DNA of 64,000 bases from Podarcis vaucheri (taxonomy: Eukaryota), in NCBI GenBank assembly GCA_965113315.1, contig OZ220363.1; one strand, 5' to 3'. Position 1 is the first letter of the stretch, and each line of letters opens with the position of its first letter. The notes under the pieces were generated by a model. It worked only from the letters and a program-made list of their open reading frames with translations, did no database searches and was not told the DNA's origin. The position numbers were made by a program, and so were the translations under genes. This document shows positions 9,561 through 22,261 of the stretch, piece by piece.

Positions 9561-12500
9561 AGAGGAATGGAGTATTACGTTGTACTGATATTGCAGCCAT
9601 TGCACTTGAGTCTCAGCGGTGCTGTTCCATTATTAGATCTTGCTTTAAATTAGATGAAGTACAGAAATTACAATTTCTATAACAGCCCTTTACTGTTGAG
9701 TACTGCCAAAGTACCTGTTATAAGTAATTACATTTTACTATCATTCACTTCATTGGTTTTATTTACTATTTTAAGAAAGCAGAATAAAACTGCTTGGTAC
9801 TAGAATCATTATAGCTGCTGACTAAACTGTGTCCTATTCCCCTGCTCTGCTCAGTGCAAAGTGATTATTTTAAAACATAGCTTCCAGTTTATATTTTGCT
9901 GAATGGAGTAGGGAGATAAAGCTTCAGATTCTTTTTTGGCCTTAGTCTTATTGATGACAAAATTCTGTAAATGAAGAAGCACTGTTCTGGGAAATTGATT
10001 TGCATCACAAAATAGTCCTGGGCACCCCCTTCCTCCAAGCTTTACATAATGCCATGTTAGCATCATGATAATGTATTAATACATTAAACATTTCAGTGTT
10101 GCTGTTCAGGGTGAAGGGGATTTATATTATTAATTGGGTGAGTAGACAACCTGCTTTGTGAATGTAGCAGTGATTTCAAAAACACAAACCTGTTTTTAAA
10201 CCTTGCATTACAGTTTCAATACCTTGACTTGCATCTTCACCTTCCATGGGTTTTCATGTGAGTTGGGTATAATTCCATCATGTCACTGGAAAATCTTGCA
10301 TTATTTTGTTATGAAAATACTCTCAGATATGTGGAGAGGTGACTAGAACTGAAAGTAGTACGTATAGCAGCCACGTTCTCCCACTCTCCCCTTCCTACTT
10401 TCTTATTAGTTAAGTAGCTCAGCATTTCAGTTACTGTAATTTATCATGAGAATTGTCAGAGAATTTAAATATGCTTTAAAAATTTCTTGAGTAGTTAATG
10501 CGGTTTTATTTTTAAAATGAAATTTCAGAGTGCAAGATGCTATGAGAATTTAAAGACCATCTTAAATGGCTAGAAATTTCTAAAGGTGCTCACACTTCTT
10601 TGCCTTTAAAAATATTGTGTATTGCAGAAAGTGAATAAGCACCAGAATGCTGCTGTTTGTGTGTTGTATGTGTGTGTTTAATTGTATGATGAGCACCCCT
10701 GCTCACAGGTGATCCATCATTCTACTGCTAGACTTGTCAGCTTTGCATTCTTAGGACCCGAGTGTAGTCCTTCCCTTTGAAATTTAATTAGAAATTGCAG
10801 ATTTTCTGATCTTCTCTATTTGAAACACTCCATTCTTTCCCCAAGAATTGCATATTACTTGATTAGATAGTAATTGGAGGGAAATGTAACCCTTTGTGCT
10901 TCTTTAGTTATGACTGCACTGTTATAAGCTGTTGAAGAAATGCAGAGGCTCTGAATGAAAAATGCATTCATTTGAGTATTGCATTTCTGACTGCTCAGTG
11001 AAGGCTAGGCAAATGTGATCTTGATGAATTATACCCTGATGTTAAATGCATTGGCTTGAAGATAAGAGCTCTTTCATGCCGTACACAGCCCGCTACCACT
11101 GTATGGAGCAATAAAGACAAGGTCCAAAGAAGGAATTGTAACTCCAAGCAAACAGTGGAAAGGTACCAGGAAGGCAAAATCAATTGGTAGCTCCTGTGCA
11201 CATGTCCCCAAGCGTTTGGGATTCGCCTGTACCTTTCTGATGCTGTACATTTCAGAAGTGGTGTGCATAGCTTGTTGGGTTTTAGAGACTGTTGTAAATC
11301 ATGGTTTGCCACTAATCATGGTTAGAAGCTTCTAGTTGTGTCACATTTGCCAGGGGCAGGATGAGAACAGGAGTGTGCAAGTCAGCTTCTTGTGGCATAG
11401 TTAGCATTGCATCTACGTAATCCCATTTATTACAATGAGCACTTCTATTTATTCCTTAAGACAAAATTTATGAGATAATTTATGCCTCATCGTGAAAGGA
11501 CATTGTCTGTTATACTAGCAGGCTGTGCATTGTCATCATGATTTATACGGGTTCTGGCACCTCTTTGGTACGTTCTGGCACCTCTGTAGCATTGCAGCAC
11601 GGGGGCACGCTGCTCAGGGCTGCGTGCCAGAGGCTGCGGGTGGCACTGCACTCCATGTTGAGCAACTGAGGCTGTGAGTGGCACAGTCTTTAGCGCAGTG
11701 GCAGTGCAGTGAGCGGGCAAAGAAGAGAGTCCCCCCCCCCCCATGGTCACCAACTTTGGCTGGGCACTCCCCTAAGAAAAGCTCAGCAAGTTCCGGCACC
11801 TCTTTTCCTAGAAGAAAAGCCCTGGGTGGAGACTTTTTTCAATACTAGGAAGCCCAGTATCTTAGGATAAAAAGAGGAACATGTGATACATTTTTTTTCT
11901 GTGGCCTGAATTTGAGTTTCTTTCCTGTTGTGTGCCATAGGTCCATGCATGCACCATCTTGATTGGCAGTCAGAATAAGAAAATTATCAGAAAGCCAAAG
12001 GCAAGAGTTCCTGGTGATAAAGAGTTTCTGCAGCCATAAAGCAAAAGGTAAGTGTTGGTTTAACCCTTCTTTGGATAATATGAAAGCCGTTTGCGGCCTA
12101 CCATCCTAGGAATAGTGTTTATGTTATACATTAAGTCTGCAACTTACACACATTTAACTAGTGTGCATTAAGCTTTACCACTTGGCAAAATAATAAAAAT
12201 AAGTAAAAGGAGATGCACATCTAAGAAAAAAGACTTTGGCAATTGCACCCAATGTGTTTTGACTATACATGGTTTTGGCTTTAGGCACAATTCCTGGAAC
12301 ATAACCCCCAGGTAAGTTGTGGGCTTACTGTTCTTGGTTCAGATGAGAGCATACCATTTGGAGTTTTTACTAAGAAACTTAGTAGTTTTGCTGACAACTC
12401 CCTTCTCATGCAGTTCTAAAACCAATAACTATAAATAACCCCTTCCAGAATAAAGACACCACCCATGGAAGTTAGCTTTTTATGATATTGCTTGACTGAT

Positions 12501-15500
12501 GTATGATTTTTAAAAGCTCTCAATCTTTTCTTACCCAGGGGAAAACATTCTTGTGGTTGCAGTCAAAGAATCAGGAGTCAGAAAATTACAGTAGTCTTAT
12601 GCAACAGTAAGTAAATATGGAAAGGCGGTGTTAAGCTGAATTGACAGAAATTATTTCAGGTCCTTGGATAGAAATCTATAAATGTATAAAGTCGGATAAA
12701 AGTATCTGGGTGTTTTCCACTACCCACTTGAAAGCTTTTTTCCAGCGGAGGAGAAGTGGAGTCTTGGATATGTTTACACTGCCCTGCTCGGTTACCTAAG
12801 TGGGCTCAGCAGCGTCTCTCCAAATTCACTTCCTGCCAGCTGGACTGCAGGTTGACAGTTATCACTCTCTCTCACTAGATGAACGCATGAGAGAATGGCA
12901 ACCCAGATTTTCCTTTTATTTTTTCTTCCATCAGTCTGCCTTTCTGTGCTCCCCCCTTTCTCCATCTTAGCAGGATGAGTCTGCCAACCCTCTCTGGAGT
13001 CATCCGACAAGGGGGGAAGGAAGCTGGGTCTCCCATTTCCCCTCATGACATGAAACCAACTCATAGTCTAAGTGTGCTGTATTGAAATGATGAAACACTC
13101 ACCAACTGCTCACAGTTTCTGTTTATTCTCTGAGGTTTTCTTCCTCTGGCAATCTTTTTATTCCATTGCAATATCTGAATTAATTAGCAGTTATCCCTGA
13201 AATAGGTTTATTTCATACATCTTGAATGATATACCAGGTAGACTTCTAGCATAATAATAACTTCTAGCACTGCTCATAATGTATTTAGCATTGGCCACAG
13301 CAATCAAGATCTGTTCTTGGTGTGTGAAACCTGAGGGGCCCCAGAATAAGAACTGCTTGGAATACTATGGGGGGGGGGCGGTCACAGGCACTGTAATTCA
13401 CCTGTAAAACAATTCCTCCACATCTTTAAAAGTTCCAAGGTTCCCATAAAATGTATATGTGAAGTCAGTTTCAACTTAATTTAGAGTGAAATTACTTTCT
13501 CTTTTAATTAGTTAATTTGTGTGTGTATGTTTCCAGGTCCTTTCCTGTCGACCCAACACAGGCTGCTAAAGGAGCTTTGACTGCTTCTGGTGAAGAAAAC
13601 TCCTTCCTTTATCTCCATGAGGGAAAATGAAGAAGCACTGCTTATTTTCTCCTCCACTCCTTAACATGAATTGGAGATGTAAAGCCTGTATTATAGAAAA
13701 AAATACTACTGTCCTTGCAGAGCAACTGAAATTAATGGCTGACATTTCACTGAAACATGCAAACTTTTTGTTCAGAGTTTTTGCACTCTATAAATGATTT
13801 TGCATATAGATAGAGGCATAACCCTAATTTGATTGGCATTTCCCCTTTCAAACTACCTTGGTAAAATAACTGCCTACTCTCAACATAGCATTTAGAGAAG
13901 CGAGCAAATTGATATATCCTTGAAACTTGTTACACAAACCTTTAAAGAAAATATTGTGCAGAAATAAAAGGATATACAGGTGTACTTAAAATGAGGAATA
14001 ACTTCTTAAAAAGGAAAAAAAACAGCTTGCGAAATTGCCCTGTTGGAATTTTTCTCCTTTTAAAAGTAGCCAATTTATAGGTGTCCATCTTGATGCCATT
14101 ATGCGAAGCAGTTGAAGCACAGTAGCATTTAGTAATTTTGTTCACTGTTTTGAGTAGACTATTAAAAAACAAAACTTGCATATATAAATTTACATAATTG
14201 CTGGAAAGGAGAGGTGATCCTATGAGTTGCTGCTTTTCTAGCAAGATCCTTCCCAAGGGGTTGAAATCTTGAAACCACCCCAGGAGCAATGGGTTTTACA
14301 TGGTATCCTCAGTCTTCCTAGGGAATTCAGCAACAAAAGGAATAATACCTTTCTCCAAGCTTTTATCCAAAGGCACCAACTGATAGTGTAAAATATATGT
14401 GAAATTTCCCACCAGTTGGATGAACAAAGACAACACATGCTCAGAAAGGGCTTCTTCACTAATTTTGTGGGTCACTCAAAGTTAAGGTGGAAATTCTGTT
14501 TCTAACATGTTTACAAAAGATGCTTTGTCTCAATTGCACATGATTCATATAGGACATTTTCTTTAGCATGGAATAATAGCTGATTTATTAGCCACACCTT
14601 GCAAGGGTAGATTGATTCCTGGTTTTAGAAAAGTCTCCCCCGCTTCCTTATGCTGAAGCCCTCAGCACTGCACCTTCAGTCTTACTGAAAATGTGAGTTT
14701 AAAATCTGCCAATGGCTTCAAAATATTTTCAATCTGGGTAAAAAAAATGGGAGTGCATGTTATAATGGTCAGTCTTGGTTATCAACATTTTCAGTGCTAC
14801 TTGATGTCTGGTTTGATAGTTTTGAAAGGAACATCCCAAGCTAAATACTGGTATTTGCTCATCACTTAATCTTATGTTCCTTTTATATAATAAAAGATTC
14901 ACATAAATACTTAGGAAAGCTTATTCAGATGCTTTCCTTAATTCAAATCAGGTTTTTTTTAAATGGGATGTTTAATTGAAGATTATCAAACAGGTAAATA
15001 TTTATAACTACTGAACATAATCATATTTATGACTTGGGTCAGCTTGCTGTGGGGAAATTGTCATGGTTGTCATTTAGATTGGCTTTGAAGTATACTTAAA
15101 TCCTAATTCAAATAGAAATCCAGAAATAAAAGTAGCTGGATTTCCTTCTAGGTTCTTCTGAACAGGAATTCCTGTTTAATTTATTGGGATTTTAGATATA
15201 GGGTTAGGCTTCTTAGTTAAACATTCTCTCATTCTGGAACTGAAAATTCAGAAGACATCAAGTGTAGTGATGATTTGCTTTTATGTCGGTAGACTTTATG
15301 TTGTCTTCCCTACGTACTTCTCTCAGATTTAATTTGTAAAAGAATATGCTGGCACAGAGTGAAAATGTTTAGTTTCCCTAAATTGTCAGGATAGATATAA
15401 GAGAAAGTGGCCATATCAGTTGCACAAAATTCCAGCAAAGAACAACTCCCCCATCCCCTTTCCCTCTAGATCCCCTGACTACATGAGGACTCAGTTTAAA

Positions 15501-15751
15501 AACTTGGAGAAACGAGTGCTGTACATGGCCCAAGAAACCCGTTTGTAGTACTTTTCCTGTAGCATCTTAAAAGTACTGTGTCAAGGCAATACTGCCTTAA
15601 TCTTTTTATTTTACATTTTGATCTGCATCTGTTTATGTTGGCAGGAAATCTTTCCCTTATGAAAAACAAATACCGGGCACGTGCAATAGTATAATATATA
15701 CATATAAATATATTTTAATACTTGTGGACAAAATGTTACAAGTTGTTTGAG

Positions 15752-15777
15752 AACAACAAAATCACCAATGTCTTCCA
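15752..15777 (+). promoter_or_regulatory. Extensively paired miR-7 site (TDMD trigger) of Cyrano
   Basis: The reverse complement of miR-7-5p (UGGAAGACUAGUGAUUUUGUUGUU) is AACAACAAAATCAC-TA-GTCTTCCA. The sequence reads AACAACAAAATCAC-CAAT-GTCTTCCA: 8mer seed, 14-nt 3' pairing and a central loop. Confidence 0.95.
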
Positions 15778-18700
15778 TTTTGAGATGTGTATAGTTCCAT
15801 AAGCATTAGTGCTTTGTAGCAAAACTGTAGTGCCATGTTAGGATCAGTGCATGAGCCTAGTAGTACTTTTTTTACAATTTCAGAGTGACAAATTAACAAG
15901 GCTGATGGTGTAATTCATAAGAAACTGACAAGATTATGGTTATGGGCTAAGGATGCAGTGTCCTTTCTAGGCAATGATAGCATATATTGGTGAATAAAAT
16001 CAGTAGCATGAGGAGTGCATGGATCTTGAATCTGTAAGCAGGTAGAAGTGCACTTCAAGGAAACTACAGTTGAAACAGTCCTTAACAAATCCTTTTTTGA
16101 GCAAATAATATTTTGCTGCAATGGGAAAATTCACTGATCTCTTGGACTAAGAAGTTGCACAGATTTAAGTGTGCATAAAGCTAATCTTTGCCACAACATG
16201 TTCTCATAAAATGTCCCTCATATATGACTGTTCTCCATTCAGAAGAGCCTATAAACTCTTACTCAGTTACCCACTAGTTGCATATTTGCTCATAAGTATC
16301 CTTATGTTAGAGCAGCACATCATCTATCAAGTTGAAAAAATGACTAAATTACAAATAATAACACTGCTACTACTATTCAAGATTGGTAGTATTCATTTTT
16401 GAAAGCAAATGATTCTCATTTTCCTACTTCCATAGAAAGCACCTGAAGGAGTTTGCTGTTTTAAAATTTTTTAAATCATTGCAGTACAACTATTTGGGTC
16501 ACTAAGATGTCTCCCTGCTTATATTATCAATTTGCTTTTAGTTCAAATAAGTGAGATCAGCAATTCAGGCACCTGATTTTTCTGTGCAGATCCTGTAGTC
16601 TGGACTGCTGTGATTCTGTTTTTAGAAAACAACTACTTGTAGCTTAAAGAGGATACTGCATCTTTTTCTTGGTCTTGTCTGTAAATGGCTACCTTGGCGA
16701 GGAAAAAAATATTTCTGGTTTTGGTTTACCATTGGCTAAAAATTCATAGGAAACATTTAATTAACCACAAAACAAGAGATCTATGTTTAAAGGTCTCTGC
16801 CTATTCTCCCTTGAAATTTGGGAAGGTGGGTTGTTTACAAATGAGCAGTGAGGACCTGAGCTCAGCCAAGGTTCTGTTGGAAAGAAATGTATCTGTCCCA
16901 TTGAATGAAATAGTTTTTAGTGCTTGGGAGAATCAATTGATGGAAAAATACCTCTGAAACTGGAATGCAAAATAGCACAGTATGTAGGGGGAAAGAATCC
17001 CTGATGCAAATAAAGCCATAAGATGACTTAATCAATAGAACTTTAGTAGCAATAACTGTTTGCATGTAATAGGAACTACTTGCATTAGCAAGTATTGTAT
17101 AATAGAATATATGGTACTAACCAAATAGGTTTGTGGTGCTCTGTGTTGCAGGGAGTTGCCTGACATGATGAGTTTCTCTTTAAAATGTTAGGAAATTCCT
17201 CAAAGGAAGTTGGCACTTGAATGCTTTATTGAGGAGCCTGTTTAAAACTCCTGCATAGCTCCCCCCCCCATTTGATGCAACTAGGGCAGAAACTTGTTGT
17301 GGTCATGGGCTAAAGATGCAGTGTGGATGAGAAAGTGGATGAACCCCTGTCCTCCTTGTCAATAGATAGCATGTAGTTGAACTTCTGGTGTGAAAGGGAA
17401 CTCTTCAGAGACTGTGAACAGGGCCAGGTTCAACCTAAACATGCAATTTAGATTTGATTGTGGAAACTTGTTGCCATTACCTAAAGCTGGTTAGATGTGT
17501 CAAATTTTTGAGGAATGTTGGCAAGGTACAAAGCATCCTAGCACCTAGCAAGTGTTGTGTCTCCTGAAAATGTTATTTTTCTCTTTAAAAAATTTTTTAA
17601 AAACTTGTACGCCTGTTACGTGGTTTCACTCTTAATTATAAAAGCTACTTTTGAGTTTGGAAGCTTCTATTCTAGATGGGTATGCCTGGCAATCTTACCC
17701 TCACCACTCTATAGAGTGCAGTTCATACCTCTTTAAAATGCAACTTGCACTAACCTAGTATGCATGTAAGACCATGTAAACTGTAAGCCTAATATGTAAC
17801 TGCCTTAAACAGGATTCCGCTGAAGTAGAACAGATTCATCTACAAGGTTGGGATGTATACTTGAAGGCTTTACCTTTATTGTTTTCCTTAATTGCAAGGA
17901 GTTATATCCCAGCTGGTGTGTTTCTGCCAATAGAAGGCTTTTGAATAGGGATTAAGGCTATTTTGGGTAGCTCCCCTTCCCTCAACAGCTGCCCATACTG
18001 TTCAAAGGGCCCACCAATTCTCCAGGTCAGATTTGAGTGGGAAGGAGGAATCACTGAAGAGTGCCTCAACCCTTTTTCCACTGATGGCTCCACTGTACTA
18101 AAGAGCCTTCCATAAGCAGAATATGGCCAGAGGGTAGCCAGTATCTACCATCAGTCTGATTAATACAGCCACGTGTTCAAGTGGATGGAAGAAGCCCATA
18201 TTTTAAAAGTAGATATATATTCTGTACAGAACGACCCCTATATATTCATTCTGTAATATGAGCTTTACTAATGGTTTCCAAAATAATGTTTGAAATCTGA
18301 ATTGAGGAGACTGTCCTTTATATGTGAAAAAACAGACAACAAAAACCTGTGACTATTTTGTTCACATCACAAAATATACAAGGCACTTTTTACTGTTTTC
18401 AAACAAACATGATTCTAGGGCTAAGGAAATTTGCACTTTGTTAACCATTCTGAGCAAACTGGCAGAATCCGAAAGGCGTATCTCGGCTATGCCACCAGTA
18501 GGACTTGCTTTGCTCTAAATTTATTTTGAGTTGCTGGTTTGCAGATACTTTTCAATTTGCAAAACTGGTGCTTGACTGACATAGTGCTGCTGCTACCCAA
18601 TTTAATAAATAATGAGCTTTTTAGCTTGGTATCTGGATAAGTGTGTGAGCTTCATACATGCAGGATTTGCTGTTGTGGTGCTTAGTCAGAAACATTTAGG

Positions 18701-21700
18701 ATGTGGTTAACTGTTTGAAGATGCTTGGCTATCTTGCATAACCTCATAATGGAGAGCTTTGCTGCCTAGATCTATAGAAATGAGGGGTTCTGTTGCTCTC
18801 CAGAGCAGCCTTTGCCAGCCTGGTGCCCTCCAGATGCTTTGTGCTGTAGGTCCCATCAACCCCAGCAGCACATCCAAAACAACTGGAGGACACCTGTGAG
18901 AGGCGGCTCCAACAAATTGCACTTAAGCAGTTTGCACCTCAGTAGCTGTGGTATTTAAACTCCTGAAGGTTTAGCACTGAAATTTGTTTCCATAAGCAGT
19001 TAATGAGGGGAAAGATCTTTCTATGAAGTGGCTCTTCATGGCACATAAGCAGCACTTGGGGTATGCATGGTGTATACACCACCACCTCGCTTCCATTTAT
19101 TCTCCTAACAGCCTTTATTCTATCAGTGGAGAACAGGATTTCATTCTAAGTATATTAGTGCCATTCTTTATGAATGGTTGCAGGGGGCTCTTCTTTAATA
19201 GTCTGTCTCTATTCTACATGTGCACTAGTTTTTATGATAAAATCCCCCTTACTTGACTTCTCCCTTTTAGACCTTTTATTCTTGCTTTGCACTTTGAAGA
19301 ACAGTAATTATTGAGCAGCACAATACATGGGTGCCAATAAATGTATTTTCCAAACAGGCTTCTGGGATATAGATGGTAAGTTTGCAAGTGGTAGCGTTGG
19401 ATCTTTGCAACAGGATTTGGAGGCCTAAGCTGAACTGAATTTTTGTACCATGCTTTATTAAGTACTTGAAGATTGAGGGTGGGGATGGAAGAAGGACAAG
19501 GAGATTATGCCCTCACCCTGTACACAGAAAGGCAATGAGTTCTCCCTGCCCTGAAATGTAGAGGAATGGTCAGCTAAGTGGTGCTCCCCAAAGACTGCAA
19601 GAATAAAAGCTTAATAGGGTCTCTGCTGAACAAAGAACTCATTTGTATGAAAGGACTCTTATGACAGGAATGTGGAAAACAAAATACTAGAGAATGAGAA
19701 TATGTCATGTGATGGGGCAGGGGAGAATGCTCCAAGGTGAAGATTTCCTACATAACTAGATGAGAAGGAAGCAGGTTTAGAGCTGGAGATTGGTTCTATC
19801 TGAAGGGGGGGGCAGGATGAAAGCATTCGAGTTTGATCACTTGCTAGTTGGTTTTAGATGGAATTGTCAACTTTCCCTAATTACAGCACAATGAACATTC
19901 CACAGAGTTTAGCATCTAAATAGTTGCAACTTATCTGTCCTCTGCCATCTTTGACAAACCCTTGGAAAGCAGATGAGGTTGTGAAACTCAAGTATGGAAA
20001 ACATACATGGAAAATTGACAATGGCACAAGCACATAGGCTCACAAACCAAGTCTTTTATGGAGGTAGTATTCTAATTATGCATGATTAAGATGTCTAGTG
20101 TTATAGTTATTACCAGTAAATTGATATATGCATTTATACATAATGAAGCAATAGGAACTAATATACCAATAGCTTGAACTTACTGCTTTGATTCTCAGAT
20201 TTTGATTTTAGAGAACATTCTGTCTCTTTAAAGGAGGCAGAATGTACAAATAAGAGAAGCATGACACCAAAACTGTGTATTTGAAAGAAGAATCAGCAGA
20301 ATGAGCCCTTTTGACCTCTTACCAGGTTCATTGTGTTCCCTTGAGCCTACATAATATGAGCATGGTTGGTGGTAAGATGGGTTTCTTGGCTGCTGCAATT
20401 GTACAAATAAAAAAGGTGCAGAGTTTCAGAGTACAGAGAAGGCACTAGATGAACGCCAAATAGGGCAATAGCAAAATGTTGTATGTAGTAGGAATTTTCA
20501 GGTAACAAGAAGGAAGGAACCTGGATCACAACCTGTTGGCTGCAAATAAATGAGAATTTAGGTGCATGAAATCATTAAGCAGTCCTTACTCTTCAGGTAT
20601 TGAGTTTAAATGACAGGTTCTCCTCGCCAGGTATCTCTCACCCTGTTAGGCAGCTATACCAAGATGAACTGGTTTCAGACCAGCATTAATATACCTTACA
20701 ATAACTAATCTGAAAATGGCAAAGTTTTGCTTTAGACACAAAGCAAGTTAAAGCTTGCTAAGTAGGAGTGGAGCTTGCTAACTAGATTCAAGAGAGTAAA
20801 TGGCACCCCCATAAAAATTATTGGTTTAGTTACAAAAAAAGTAAAAAGTGGGTGCATTTAATGGTAGAATATATATGCCGAATACATATTAAATATTAAG
20901 TAGAGGATGGTAGAAGCATAGCCCTTGTATCTAAACCTGGACTAGAAAATTATTTTCCTAATATGAAGGTGCTGCTTAAAATAAACACTGAGTTTAAAGT
21001 TCCTTAACTAGATTGTGGCTATACTAGTTTCTGCAGAGCAAGTTACAAACACTTCTTCATATCAAAGTTTGCTTTCTCATAGATCTGAAAAAGGATTTGT
21101 TATGGCAAATCTGCATTTTATGTTAGTGGTTATTTTCCCAATCATTTATTTTAAGCTTGTTATAGAGGCCATATTTTTTGCATTGCCAGTCTCAGTGATT
21201 AGTAGCTGCCAAATAGATGTATGAATATTGGAGACGTGAGTGAAGACTTGTAATGACATCAGTTTGACTTCCCCTCTGATTTCATGTTAACATGAAAAGA
21301 CTCCATAGTATTGTATCATTGAATTGTTTTTCCCAAACTCTGTCCCTCTTGTAGGTTGTGATTTAGGGCTCTGCTAATTAATTTCTTCTTTCAGAGCAAA
21401 GAAAAGATTGTCTTTGCAAATGCATAGGATAACTGATCATAATAAAAGGATTGTGAAAGCTAGAGTCTGGGAAAATGTACAGAAACATTGTATAAATTTT
21501 AGAAGTAGGCTGACATTTTGTTAACTCACTTGAACAAGCAGAACAGACAAGGAAGGTATATGCCACTGCAAACTATTTACTCCCATTGCACAATTATGTA
21601 ACAAATACCACAAATCTACCCCTGTATATATCTGAAGATTTCCAAAAGGCAGCTTGCTTTTATATCTATGCATCTTTTGGGGAGGGAAAGAGGGTGTTAA

Positions 21701-22061
21701 AATTATTCTTTTGACACTGTAAACAATAATTGTTCAAAACTGAACCTGGAAACTCTGCACCTGTATACAATTTTTTAGCAATAAAGCAGCATGGGCTGAG
21801 AATGCACTTAAAATGCCATTGTGTCATTTCTTCTAGGACGAACTCTTGAAACGATAGAAATGTAGGTTCACATATTTCAGTTTGCCTTCATTGTGGAGCA
21901 GGAGAAAGATGTTTAATCATTGCAAGCTTATATGATAGCGGTGAAACCCCAGCAGCTTTTTAGCACATCTGAGCCACTTCATACTCTCATGTATTTCTCA
22001 ACAATTATGTGATTGGTTGCCATGTGTTTTGCAGTGCCTCTTCTCCCTCCTCTTCCCAATA

Positions 22062-22261
22062 CAGTGGTACCTCGGGTTACAGACGCTTCAGGTTACAGAC
22101 TCCGCTAACCCAGAAATATTACCTCGGGTTAACTTTGCTTCAGGATGAAAACAGAAATTGTGCTCTGGCGGTGCAGCGGGAGGCCCCATTAGCTAAAGTG
22201 GTGCTTCAGGTTAAGAACAGCCCTCTGGAACGAGTTAAGTACTTAACCCGAGGTACCATTG
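22062..22261. mobile_element. Tigger/pogo-like MITE
   Basis: TA|cagtggtacctcgggtta...taacccgaggtaccattg|TA. Confidence 0.85.

Larger units (their letters stand above)
5925..21810 (+). ncRNA. OIP5-AS1: Cyrano / OIP5-AS1 lncRNA orthologue. Predicted exons ~5925-5997, 11941-12047, (optional 12539-12606), 13537-~21810
   Basis: Syntenic position between CHP1 and OIP5, convergent with OIP5. Hallmark miR-7 site AACAACAAAATCACCAATGTCTTCCA at 15752-15777. Canonical splice sites (gag|gtaaga 5998; tgccatag|11941; aag|gtaagt 12048; tttccag|13537) and AATAAA at 21780-21785. No long ORF. Exon boundaries and ends are inferred from motifs. Confidence 0.88.

Noticed and set aside
15752-15777. A mir-7 gene on the minus strand
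   Set aside because: The minus strand differs centrally from mature miR-7 (ATTG in place of TA), and no star arm forms a pre-miRNA hairpin. It is a target site.
13537-21810. Protein-coding gene (e.g. EXD1) or extended CHP1/OIP5 UTR in the gap
   Set aside because: There is no exon-like ORF with recognisable protein similarity. CHP1 and OIP5 have their own candidate poly(A) signals, and the miR-7 site is oriented for a + strand RNA from the orphan CpG island.
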